Shown here in pieces: positions 28,288-36,823 of a DNA stretch of 64,000 nucleotides. Within the stretch, counting starts at the first letter, position 1, and each line of letters starts with the position of its first letter. The translations under genes and the position numbers were made by a program. Source of the DNA: an uncultured Gammaproteobacteria bacterium (lineage in GTDB: Bacteria; Patescibacteriota; Microgenomatia; Daviesbacterales; UBA10151); NCBI GenBank assembly GCA_964489875.1, contig CAZAZW010000002.1:385-64384 (forward strand), given 5' to 3'. The notes under the pieces were generated by a model. The model searched no databases. It was not told the origin of the DNA and was given only the letters and a program-made list of their open reading frames with translations.

Positions 28288-29025
28288 TTATATAATTCTT
28301 TTCCAAGCTTTAAATTCTTTTACATCAGTTGGACTTAAGTTAAACCAATCTCCATTCATTTGTTTTGGTCTAAAACGATTCAGCCAATAAGTTTCAACTC
28401 CTACAGGGTCAACGGTTTCAATTGAATAAACTAAAGTTGCTCTTTCTGGCAACTGAATCTTAATTTCACTACCACGGCGTAACAGGTCAGATGTTTGACC
28501 AATTCTATATTGGCGATATTGTCCGTGCCTAATTAGATAAACCCAGCCATGGGTAATTTGTCCCACTTGATCTTTTTTCTCCTCTTTGTCTTCGAACTTT
28601 TCCAGAGCTGAATTACAGATCTTAACAACATCTTCGTATCCCTGTTTGTCATTAACAAATTCAAGAATAGTCTTTGCTAGTTTTGCTGATAAACCAAGTT
28701 TTTTGTAAAAAGTTGACGAATGAGGAAAGCTAGAATCTCTATAATGTCTAGTCTCTAATTCACCTCTAGTTGGCCATCTATTTGTACCATGAGTAACCTC
28801 TATGAACATTTCGCATAATTGATCTTTGGTATATTTTGTTTTGTCGAATTTATTAGGAACTAATCCCGCTTCGCGTACTAGCTCACCATAATTTGGCCAA
28901 TTTTTCATCCGATCCCATTTTCCTACTTCAGTATTTTTATAGAATTGTGCTTCACCTGGAGTTTGCCCGCCATTTTCTTTGGTATATTCCTGAAGTATTC
29001 TTACAATATCTTCTCGGGTTAACAT
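28288..29025 (-). CDS. homing-endonuclease-like protein: two N-terminal HNH-associated helical repeats + C-terminal T5orf172/GIY-YIG-like domain
   Basis: The repeats REDIVRILQEYTKENGGQTPGEAQF...WPNYGELVREAGL and KDQLCEMFIEV...RWPTRGELETR...SSTFYKKLG match the homing-endonuclease-associated repeat pattern. The C-terminus GWVYLIRHG..YRIGQTSDLLRRGSEI...YWLNRF...MNGDWFNL matches the T5orf172/MUG113 pattern. Confidence 0.65.
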   Translation of the reverse strand: MLTREDIVRILQEYTKENGGQTPGEAQFYKNTEVGKWDRMKNWPNYGELVREAGLVPNKFDKTKYTKDQLCEMFIEVTHGTNRWPTRGELETRHYRDSSFPHSSTFYKKLGLSAKLAKTILEFVNDKQGYEDVVKICNSALEKFEDKEEKKDQVGQITHGWVYLIRHGQYRQYRIGQTSDLLRRGSEIKIQLPERATLVYSIETVDPVGVETYWLNRFRPKQMNGDWFNLSPTDVKEFKAWKRII

Positions 29026-29159
29026 GTAAGATAATATGACACATTATACTGCCCATGTCAACCTGTATAAGTAGTAGTGGATCTAGATCAAGCTCTAGTT
29101 ATAATCCCTAGCGGTAGAGGTACACCAAAGCTGGTTTAAAGCTAGATCCAATTAGCCTA

Positions 29160-29218
29160 TTCCACGCTCGAAGTGTTCCCAGAAGCTGGTTCCAATTCCT
29201 AAACATTTGGGGTACTAG
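29160..29218 (+). repeat. intergenic ~59-nt repeat, copy A
   Basis: Aligns without gaps to 30748-30806 with about 48 of 59 identities, counted by hand. The shared core is agaagctggttccaat.c.t.aacatttggg.tact.g. Confidence 0.7.
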
Positions 29219-29230
29219 TAAAATAGCAAT

Positions 29231-29746
29231 TTAGGTTATTGTGACAGCCTTTTTTAAGATTTCCTTAATGACACCTTCCTTTATTCTCATATAAGTTTCT
29301 TTATCTTCGTTAGCTGTATTTGCGGCTTGTTGCTTAATTTGAGCATATTTTTCTAAATCTTCATGGTGGGTTTTGAGGTAGTCTCTAAAAGTAATGGTAT
29401 TTTTCCAATCGTCACTTTCGATATTAGCAACATGAAGATGATAGGCTGTTTCTTTATCAAAGTCCGCAGGGTATGGTTTATGTAAGAATAACCTATTTGG
29501 ATAACTTGCTTGCGGGATATAATCATAACCTAATTTTTCTGCTTGTTTTACAATATCCTTCATTTTATCTTTTTTAGTACCAATCATAATATCAATGATA
29601 CTCTTACCCCCTAAACCTGGAATTGCAGTACTTCCAACATGTTCTATTTGAAAGTCTCCTTTAATATTTCTTTGTATTAGTTCTTTCTCTTGTTCATAGA
29701 TTTGTGGGAATTCTTCCCTATAAGGTCTATAAGAATACTTATTCAT
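29231..29746 (-). CDS. GrpB family protein (nucleotidyltransferase fold)
   Basis: HVGSTAIPGLGGKSIIDIMI and YHLHV...FRDYLKTH segments typical of GrpB/DUF98. Confidence 0.8.
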   Translation of the reverse strand: MNKYSYRPYREEFPQIYEQEKELIQRNIKGDFQIEHVGSTAIPGLGGKSIIDIMIGTKKDKMKDIVKQAEKLGYDYIPQASYPNRLFLHKPYPADFDKETAYHLHVANIESDDWKNTITFRDYLKTHHEDLEKYAQIKQQAANTANEDKETYMRIKEGVIKEILKKAVTIT

Positions 29747-29806
29747 ATCCTAAGTATAGTACGTTCTAATCCCTAAAGGTAGTTAATAGCTAATTTTTGA
29801 GGTAGT

Positions 29807-29814
29807 TGTATAAT
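29807..29814 (+). promoter_or_regulatory. extended -10 element TGTATAAT, 6 nt upstream of the ATG (possible leaderless transcript)
   Basis: tgtataat sits at 29807-29814 and the ATG at 29821. There is no SD in between. Confidence 0.4.
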
Positions 29815-29820
29815 CAGAAA

Positions 29821-30333
29821 ATGAAATTATTATTGCCTTCCGTAAAATATAAACAAAGTTATCTGAAAGCAGTTAAGGAAGGGAGAGATGAGGTTGGGAT
29901 CACTATTCTCAAAAAACCCAAAAAAGACGAGCCTTTTGAAGAATTTGTAAAGAAACTCCGTGGTGAAGCAAAAGGGTTGAATTTACCCGAAGGGTGGGTT
30001 CCCGCTACAGAGTTATGGCTTATTGATAATGAGGAATTCACTGGCCGTGTTAATATCCGCCACGAGTTGACAGACCATTTGCTCAAAGTAGGTGGACATA
30101 TTGGTTACTGGATTCGTCCTTCCAAACGAAAGATGGGGTATGGTAAAGAAATACTTAAACTCGCATTACTTGAGGCAAAGAAATTAGGCATAATAAAAGT
30201 GCTGGTAACTTGTGATGAAGGTAATATTGGTTCATGCAAAATAATTGAGGCTAACGGAGGTATTTTGGAAAATATTGTTGATAATGATAACGATCATCCC
30301 CTAAAAAGGCGTTATTGGATAACACTTGAATAA
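29821..30333 (+). CDS. GNAT family N-acetyltransferase
   Basis: GHIGYWIRPSKRKMGYGKEILKLALLEAKKLGI...VLVTCDEGNIGS is the acetyl-CoA binding core. ATG 29821 is preferred over the listed TTG 29806. Confidence 0.75.
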   Translation: MKLLLPSVKYKQSYLKAVKEGRDEVGITILKKPKKDEPFEEFVKKLRGEAKGLNLPEGWVPATELWLIDNEEFTGRVNIRHELTDHLLKVGGHIGYWIRPSKRKMGYGKEILKLALLEAKKLGIIKVLVTCDEGNIGSCKIIEANGGILENIVDNDNDHPLKRRYWITLE

Positions 30334-30344
30334 TTAAGCTAGTT

Positions 30345-30375
30345 GAGTTCTGAAACATTTGGGGCCCTAATAATT
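30345..30375 (+). repeat. degenerate third copy (C) of the 3' part of the ~59-nt repeat
   Basis: aaacatttgggg (30353-30364) is identical to copy A; the flanks are partly similar (ccctaataa vs tactagtaa). Confidence 0.4.
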
Positions 30376-30428
30376 AGGTTTAGGTCGTTAGGATAAGTAA
30401 ATAACCAACTAAAGTCAGTATTTACCAA

Positions 30429-30662
30429 TTAGGAGGTTTCAACAAGAGTAAATTCTGGAGGAGGATTAATACCTGATTTATCTTCTAAAACTTCAATTCT
30501 TTTCTCTAATTTCTTAGCATTACTATTATTAATTTTGTACATATCACCATAGGCATCCAATTTACTTTCAATACTTACCAAGGCCGCAGAATGATTTTCT
30601 TGTTTCTTTTTTATTGGTTCAAGAGCTTCGTCTAGTAGTTTTTTAAAATCATCTTGATTCAT
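30429..30662 (-). CDS. small coiled-coil hypothetical protein (77 aa)
   Basis: Heptad-like charged sequence; no recognisable family. Confidence 0.5.
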   Translation of the reverse strand: MNQDDFKKLLDEALEPIKKKQENHSAALVSIESKLDAYGDMYKINNSNAKKLEKRIEVLEDKSGINPPPEFTLVETS

Positions 30663-30747
30663 ACACTAAAATTAACATTTTAGGTAATAAATTACAAGAT
30701 AGTTTTTCTATATCAAAGTCGGTTTGAAGCTATTATCCACTAAAGTC

Positions 30748-30806
30748 TTCCAAGCACGGAGTGAGCCTAGAAGCTGGTTCCAATCCATCAACATTTGGGT
30801 TACTGG
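30748..30806 (+). repeat. intergenic ~59-nt repeat, copy B
   Basis: See copy A. Lies 84 nt upstream of pflB and 86 nt upstream of the divergent 77-aa gene. Confidence 0.7.
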
Positions 30807-30872
30807 CTCCGAAATTTAGTAATCAGGAAACATCAACAAGGATAAGCCCTTGAGGAGAAGTAATACCTGAAG

Positions 30873-30881
30873 TGTTATAAT
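30873..30881 (+). promoter_or_regulatory. extended -10 element TGTTATAAT immediately upstream of the pflB start
   Basis: tgttataat at 30873-30881; GTG at 30887 and ATG at 30890, i.e. 5-8 nt downstream with no SD. Confidence 0.4.
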
Positions 30882-30889
30882 CTTAAGTG

Positions 30890-33112
30890 ATGAGTAACTC
30901 ATTCAAAAAAGGGGAATGGGAGAAGATTATTAATGTCAGTGATTTTCTGCACCATAACCTGACTTCCTACGATGGGGGTTCGGAATTTCTAAAAGGCCCT
31001 TCTGAAAAAACCCAAAAGTTATGGGAATATTGTAGAACGCTTCTTAAAAAAGAATCTAGGGCCGGTGGAGTTTTAGACATTGATACAAAGACTATATCTA
31101 CTGCTGTTAGCCATAAGCCCGGATACATTAAGAAGGAATTGGAGGTTATAGTCGGTCTGCAAACAGATCAACCTCTAAAGCGCGCTGTTAAACCTTTTGG
31201 CGGCATCTTAGTGGTAGAGCAAGCCTGTGAGGATCATGGAAAAACCCTTGACCCAAAAATTAGGGAAATCTTTACCAAATACCGCAAAAGCCACAATGAC
31301 GGCGTCTTTGATGCATACACTAAGGAAATGAGAAAATTCCGTTCCTCCGGGGTGATAACCGGCTTGCCGGACAATTATGCCAGGGGGCGTCTCATCGGGG
31401 ATTACCGCCGGGTAGCCCTCTATGGTATAGACCGTTTGACTCAAGAAAAACAAAAAGATTTTGACAGCAAAATCGCTGTTATGACGGATGAGCTGATCAG
31501 GTTGCGTGAAGAAATCAGTGATCAAATTGAGGCTTTAAATATGATTAAACAAATGGCCTACTCATATGGATTTGACATTAGCAAGCCGGCAACCAGCGCA
31601 AAAGAGGCAATTCAGTGGACCTATTTTGCATACCTGGCAGCGCTAAAAGAGCAAGACGGCGCAGCCATGAGTTTGGGTAGTGTCAGCGGCTTTTTCGATA
31701 TTTATATTGAAAAGGATCTTTCCTTAGGGAAATTAACTGAAGAGGAAGCGCAAGAGTTGGTTGACCAGTTTATCATCAAGTTGAGGTTAGTCCGGCAGCT
31801 TCGGATGAATGAATATGACAAGATTTTTGCCGGTGATCCTACTTGGTTAACAGAATCTCTGGCCGGCATGTTTTTGGATGGCCGCCACAAAGTCAGCAAA
31901 ACTACTTACCGTTTCCTGCAAGCTTTATACAACCTGGGGCCTGCCCCTGAGCCTAACATGACAGTGCTTTGGTCAGAGAAACTACCCCGAAGGTTTAAAG
32001 AATTTTGCGCAAAAGTCTCTATTGATACCTCCGCAATTCAATATGAGAATGACGATTTAATGAGAACGCTGTCAGATTGCGATGATTACGGTATCAGCTG
32101 TTGTGTTTCTCAACTTAAAAACGGCAAACAAATTCAATATTTCGGAGCCAGGTGTAACCTGGCAAAAACTTTACTTTTAGCTCTAAACAAAGGCAAAGAT
32201 GAAAACGGCGCAATTACTCTGATTGAAGGTATAGAAGCTTTGCCTGCCGGCACTTTAGATTTTAATAGGGTAATGAAAGAATTTAAGAAAACCCTAAAAC
32301 AGGTGGTAGAAGTTTATGTTAACTCTATGAATATAATTCACTACATGCATGATAAGTATTATTATGAACGCGTCCAAATGGCGCTTCTTAACACCAACGT
32401 GGACCGGTTGATGGCGTTTGGCATTGCCGGTTTATCAGTAGCGGCGGATTCCCTGTCTGCCATCAAATATGCCAAAATTACGCCTGTTAGAGATGAGGAG
32501 GGAATTACTAAAGGGTTTGAAATAGAAGGGGATTTTCCCAAATACGGCAATGACAATGACAAAGTGGATTTGATTGCCAAGGAGTTGGTTGATATTTTCA
32601 ATGAGGAACTGAGCAAGCACCATATTTATCGAAATGCCAAGCCGACATTATCAATTTTAACAATTACCTCAAATGTAATGTATGGTAAAAAAACCGGTGC
32701 CACCCCTGACGGCAGAAAAGCCGGGGAGGCTTTTGCGCCGGGCGCAAACCCGATGCATGGGCGTGATACAAATGGGGCAATTGCCTCTCTAAATTCCGTA
32801 GCAAAACTGGATTATAAAAATGCCAGGGATGGAATTTCCAATACCTTTTCACTTGTACCCCGGGCTTTGGGAAGCACCAAGGAAGAGCAGTCAGAAAATC
32901 TGGTGGCGCTTCTTGACGGGTATTTTCAAAAAAATGCCCACCATTTAAATGTTAATGTTTTGAACAAGGAGACATTGCTTCTGGCCATGGATCATCCTGA
33001 ACAATATCCGCAATTGACAATCCGTGTCTCAGGGTATGCGGTAAATTTTGTAAAGTTGTCACGGGAGCACCAGCAAGAAGTATTAGCCCGCGCTTTCTTT
33101 GAGTCAATGTAA
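30890..33112 (+). CDS. pflB: formate C-acetyltransferase (pyruvate formate-lyase)
   Basis: Glycyl-radical motif [11 protein letters not shown] near the C-terminus, adjacent-Cys active site GISCCVSQL, overall PFL-like sequence. Confidence 0.9.
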   Translation: MSNSFKKGEWEKIINVSDFLHHNLTSYDGGSEFLKGPSEKTQKLWEYCRTLLKKESRAGGVLDIDTKTISTAVSHKPGYIKKELEVIVGLQTDQPLKRAVKPFGGILVVEQACEDHGKTLDPKIREIFTKYRKSHNDGVFDAYTKEMRKFRSSGVITGLPDNYARGRLIGDYRRVALYGIDRLTQEKQKDFDSKIAVMTDELIRLREEISDQIEALNMIKQMAYSYGFDISKPATSAKEAIQWTYFAYLAALKEQDGAAMSLGSVSGFFDIYIEKDLSLGKLTEEEAQELVDQFIIKLRLVRQLRMNEYDKIFAGDPTWLTESLAGMFLDGRHKVSKTTYRFLQALYNLGPAPEPNMTVLWSEKLPRRFKEFCAKVSIDTSAIQYENDDLMRTLSDCDDYGISCCVSQLKNGKQIQYFGARCNLAKTLLLALNKGKDENGAITLIEGIEALPAGTLDFNRVMKEFKKTLKQVVEVYVNSMNIIHYMHDKYYYERVQMALLNTNVDRLMAFGIAGLSVAADSLSAIKYAKITPVRDEEGITKGFEIEGDFPKYGNDNDKVDLIAKELVDIFNEELSKHHIYRNAKPTLSILTITSNVMYGKKTGATPDGRKAGEAFAPGANPMHGRDTNGAIASLNSVAKLDYKNARDGISNTFSLVPRALGSTKEEQSENLVALLDGYFQKNAHHLNVNVLNKETLLLAMDHPEQYPQLTIRVSGYAVNFVKLSREHQQEVLARAFFESM

Positions 33113-33116
33113 ACTT

Positions 33117-33842
33117 ATGCTACGAGTGCACTCGATTGAAACGTTTGGCACCCACGAAGGGCCCGGTATCAGATTGGTGGTATTCTTGCAGGGGTGCAAC
33201 TTCCGCTGTCTTTATTGTCATAATCCCGATACCCGGCCTATTACCGGTGGGAAAGAAATGCAGGCGGAGGAGATTATTGCCCTTTTAATCAAGCAAAAGC
33301 CGTTTTTTAAAAATAAAGGCGGGCTGACTATTTCAGGCGGGGAAGCACTCTTGCAAAGACAGGCTTTGATAGATTTATTTGCCAAAGCAAAAAAATTAGG
33401 GTTCCACACAGTTTTGGATACCAACGGCTCTATTTTGGATGCTGATACAAAAAAGCTAGTAAAGCTTACAGATTTAGTGCTTTTGGATGTAAAGCATATA
33501 GATCCGGTGTGGCACCAGAAGGTAACGAATGCCTCTAACATAAATGTCTTGAAGTTTGCTAAATATCTTCAGGATATTAATAAGCCGGTATGGCTTCGTT
33601 ATGTCTTAGTGCCTGGATACACTGATCAGGAAAAATTTCTTAATAGATGGGGCCAGCATTTTGCAAATTATAAAAATATATTAAGAGTAGAAATTCTGCC
33701 TTTTCACACTTACGGATTTTATAAATATAAAGAACTCGGTATTAAAAATCCTCTTAAAGATACCCCGGTTCCTACAAAAAAAGAGATAAAAAAGGCATTT
33801 GATATTTTTAAAAATTTCTTTAAAGAGGTATATATAAGGTAG
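33117..33842 (+). CDS. pflA: pyruvate formate-lyase activating enzyme (radical SAM)
   Basis: CNFRCLYCHNPD (CX3CX2C) and GGLTISGGEAL. ATG 33117 lies just after the pflB stop. Confidence 0.9.
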   Translation: MLRVHSIETFGTHEGPGIRLVVFLQGCNFRCLYCHNPDTRPITGGKEMQAEEIIALLIKQKPFFKNKGGLTISGGEALLQRQALIDLFAKAKKLGFHTVLDTNGSILDADTKKLVKLTDLVLLDVKHIDPVWHQKVTNASNINVLKFAKYLQDINKPVWLRYVLVPGYTDQEKFLNRWGQHFANYKNILRVEILPFHTYGFYKYKELGIKNPLKDTPVPTKKEIKKAFDIFKNFFKEVYIR

Positions 33843-33843
33843 T

Positions 33844-35010
33844 TTAAATTTTAAACCCGAGAATTTTGTAGAAATTCCTTAATTCTTTTGCATCTTGTTT
33901 TGTAAGATCCAGTAAAAATTCTAATGCTTTGGGAGTGTCCAGGTTATTATCTAAAATGGTAGTAAACTGCTGGGTATTTGCGTCGGATTGCCGCGTCGTT
34001 TCACTCCTCGCAACGACAGATTCTATGGCATCTACATTTTTTTGGGCTTTGATTAGGTCTTTTTCTTCGTATTCCCAGGGTTTGCTCCAATGATGGGAAA
34101 GCAGGAGCCATCTGATGGCATTGGGGGAATATTTCTTTAAAAGGTCAGAAACCATTACCAAATTTCCCTTGGATTTGCTCATTTTTGCTCCCTGGTAGTG
34201 AACCACTCCGGTATGCAGCCAGTATTTGGCAAAAGGCGCTTTGCCGGATGCCCCCTCGCTTTGGGCAATTTCCGCCTCGTGGTGTGGAAACTTTAGATCA
34301 GTTCCGCCGCCGTGAATGTCTATCTGTTCCCCTAAATATTCCATACTCATGGCCGAGCATTCAATATGCCAACCAGGTCGACCTCTTCCGAATGGACTTT
34401 TGAAAGAGGGGATATGAGGTGGCTGGTCAGGGGTGTGGGCCCTCCAGAGAGTAATGTCTAAAGGATGCTTTTTTTCACTACATTCTAAATCTTCATCAAA
34501 GTCCAGGGAGGCTTTTAACATTTGATCCTGATTGAGTTTGGACAGTTTGCCATAATCAGGAAATATTTCTGTATCCAGGTAAACGCTGCCATTAATTTGA
34601 TATGCTAATTCTTTATCCAGAAGCTGCCGGATTAGGTCAATCATGTGGTGGATGTGGCGGGAGGCTGTGACGTAATGGTTAGGATGAATCCAGTTTAAAG
34701 CATGCATATCTGCCAAAAACTTCTCGGTCCAATACTCAGCCAGGTTTTTCCATGAAACATGCAACTTTTTGGCCCGATCTAAGATATCATGGTCCCGGTC
34801 ATTAATATCAGTCACATTTTGGGTGTAAGTAACCTCAAACCCCTTGAATATTAAATACCTGATTAAGACATCAAAGCTGATGTAAGTAAAAGCATGGCCT
34901 AAGTGAGTAGTGTCATAAGGAGTTATGCCACAGACATAGATAGTAACCTTATCTTTGCGCAAAGGTTTAAATTCTTCTAAAGACTGGGTTAGGGAATTGA
35001 AAATATACAT
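33844..35010 (-). CDS. cysS: cysteine--tRNA ligase (short, 388 aa)
   Basis: [19 protein letters not shown] (HIGH region with the Zn-Cys), WHIECS, and KMSKSKGN. Confidence 0.85.
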   Translation of the reverse strand: MYIFNSLTQSLEEFKPLRKDKVTIYVCGITPYDTTHLGHAFTYISFDVLIRYLIFKGFEVTYTQNVTDINDRDHDILDRAKKLHVSWKNLAEYWTEKFLADMHALNWIHPNHYVTASRHIHHMIDLIRQLLDKELAYQINGSVYLDTEIFPDYGKLSKLNQDQMLKASLDFDEDLECSEKKHPLDITLWRAHTPDQPPHIPSFKSPFGRGRPGWHIECSAMSMEYLGEQIDIHGGGTDLKFPHHEAEIAQSEGASGKAPFAKYWLHTGVVHYQGAKMSKSKGNLVMVSDLLKKYSPNAIRWLLLSHHWSKPWEYEEKDLIKAQKNVDAIESVVARSETTRQSDANTQQFTTILDNNLDTPKALEFLLDLTKQDAKELRNFYKILGFKI

Positions 35011-35029
35011 AAATTGTACCCTATAGTTG

Positions 35030-35101
35030 TGAGCCGGCAGGGGATCGAACCCTGGACCAAGAGCTTAAAAGGCTCCTGCTCTACCGCTGAGCTACCGGCC
35101 C
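35030..35101 (-). tRNA. tRNA-Lys (anticodon UUU)
   Basis: The reverse complement folds with acceptor GGGCCGG/CCGGCTC, D arm GCTC-AGCGGTA-GAGC, anticodon loop CTTTTAA and T-loop TTCGATC. Confidence 0.9.
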
Positions 35102-35218
35102 TCTCATTAAAACTGTTTTATTATACTTTACTGCCTATTCCAATTCAACGGATTTGGTTCCAGTTAATTGAAAAATTGGTTTAGTCTGTTAATATTATCC
35201 TGTGGATTAAAGGGAAAC

Positions 35219-36175
35219 ATGCAGATTAACTGGGTGGATTTGGTAATTTTTGGGGTACTTCTCATCTTTGCGATAGAGGCAATGGGAAGGCCTTTAATTT
35301 TAGAATTGGTAGATTTTGCAAGCTTTCTTTTAGCTGCATTACTATCTTTTATTTATTACAACATCCCTGCCAGATTTTTTGAAGTCCAATTTAAAATTCC
35401 GCACGGATTAACCTTAGTTTTAGGCTTTATGACCGTGTGGTTTTTGTCAGAAACCTTCTTCTTTCTTCTAATCAGATTGTTTTTGCCTAAGATTCTAAGG
35501 ATTAGGATACCCGGATCCAGGATTCTGTCCGTAATACCGGCACTCCTTCGGGGTTTGATATTTATTGCCATTATTTTGGTGATGATAGCTACTTTTCCCA
35601 TTGCGCCTGCTGTTAAAAAAGAAGTTCTGAATTCAAAAATAGGCAGCGTAATTTTACAGAATGCTTATACGCTGGAGCAGCCTGTTAAACAGGTTTTCGG
35701 AGGGGTGGCTAATGATTCGCTAACTTTTCTTACTATCAAACCGAAGACGAATGAACGGGTTAATTTAGGATTTCAAACTAACCAGATATCCCTGGATATT
35801 GCATCGGAAGGTACGATGATAGATTTAGTCAATAAGGAAAGAATCACCAAAGGTCTCTCAGCTTTAGCATTTGATGAAAGGCTTCGTACTATTGCAAGAG
35901 CACATAGCGAAGATATGTTTAAAAGAGGTTATTTTTCCCATTATTCCCCGGAAGGTTTGACTGTAGCCGATAGGGCCCTGAAGGCAGAAATTGATTTTCT
36001 GGTGATAGGGGAAAATCTGGCATATGCACCGGATATAGGTCTTGCACACCAAGGGCTTATGAATTCAGAGGGACACCGAGCCAATATTTTGTCCAAGGAT
36101 TACGGTAAAATCGGGGTAGGGGTAATGGATGGCGGGATATATGGCAGAATGTTTACGCAGGTATTTAGTAACTAG
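35219..36175 (+). CDS. CvpA-like membrane domain fused to a C-terminal CAP/SCP (YkwD-like) domain
   Basis: N-terminus INWVDLVIFGVLLIFAIEAMGRP plus 4 TM helices (CvpA pattern). C-terminus LAFDERLRTIARAHSEDMFKRGYFSHYSPEG...HQGLMNSEGHRANIL (CAP pattern). Confidence 0.7.
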   Translation: MQINWVDLVIFGVLLIFAIEAMGRPLILELVDFASFLLAALLSFIYYNIPARFFEVQFKIPHGLTLVLGFMTVWFLSETFFFLLIRLFLPKILRIRIPGSRILSVIPALLRGLIFIAIILVMIATFPIAPAVKKEVLNSKIGSVILQNAYTLEQPVKQVFGGVANDSLTFLTIKPKTNERVNLGFQTNQISLDIASEGTMIDLVNKERITKGLSALAFDERLRTIARAHSEDMFKRGYFSHYSPEGLTVADRALKAEIDFLVIGENLAYAPDIGLAHQGLMNSEGHRANILSKDYGKIGVGVMDGGIYGRMFTQVFSN

Positions 36176-36207
36176 ACGATAGATGGTGGAAGTTAGAAGA
36201 TGGATCA

Positions 36208-36804
36208 TTGAAGATGGAAGATAGAGGTTGGAATACGAAATTACTGTTGGGTTTAAGCTTAGTAATTCTCTTTTTAGGAATTGGTTTTCTGTGGTTTGGT
36301 CTAAAACCTGAAACCTCTGAGCAACCTTTTCCATCCTCCACTCCGATAGTTGAAAGTACGTTAGTAGCAACAGATTCTGCGACACAAGATTTAGCAGGAA
36401 AGCGGGTAAAAGTCATAAAAGTGGTAGACGGAGACACGATTGTGGTGAGTGATAATGTAACAGTGCGTCTTATTGGTATCGATACTCCGGAGACTGTTGA
36501 TCCTCGCCGGCCGGTGCAGTGTTTTGGCAAAGAAGCCAGTAATAAGCTTAAAAGTTTGCTTTCCGAGAAAGAAATAGTCTTACAAAAGGATGTATCCGAG
36601 ACAGATAAATATCGCCGATTACTCCGCTATATTTTCTTGCCCCTGCCGGACGGCCAAATTCTGTTTGTTAATGATTATATGGTTAGAGAAGGATTTGCAA
36701 AAGTGTTAACTTACCCTCCTGATGTTAAATATAATGAGCAGTTTAGACAAGCAGAAAGAGAAGCCAGGGAGATCGGCAGGGGATTATGGGGAAAGTGTAA
36801 GTAG
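36208..36804 (+). CDS. thermonuclease (SNase-like) family protein, membrane-anchored
   Basis: VVDGDTIVV...VRLIGIDTPE...GKEASN...DKYRRLLRYIF...REGFA motif series of staphylococcal-nuclease homologues. Confidence 0.85.
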   Translation: MKMEDRGWNTKLLLGLSLVILFLGIGFLWFGLKPETSEQPFPSSTPIVESTLVATDSATQDLAGKRVKVIKVVDGDTIVVSDNVTVRLIGIDTPETVDPRRPVQCFGKEASNKLKSLLSEKEIVLQKDVSETDKYRRLLRYIFLPLPDGQILFVNDYMVREGFAKVLTYPPDVKYNEQFRQAEREAREIGRGLWGKCK

Positions 36805-36823
36805 TGTGATAAACTAAAATTGT

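Noticed and set aside
29160-30806. Interpreting the ~59-nt repeats as integron attC sites that delimit gene cassettes.
   Set aside because: There is no integron integrase, the cassette genes are in mixed orientations, and the repeats lack the RYYYAAC/GTTRRRY core sites and the internal imperfect palindrome expected of attC.
36065-36530. 106-aa and 121-aa minus-strand ORFs.
   Set aside because: They overlap the 3' end of the CvpA/CAP gene and the 5' half of the thermonuclease gene, both of which have clear family motifs.
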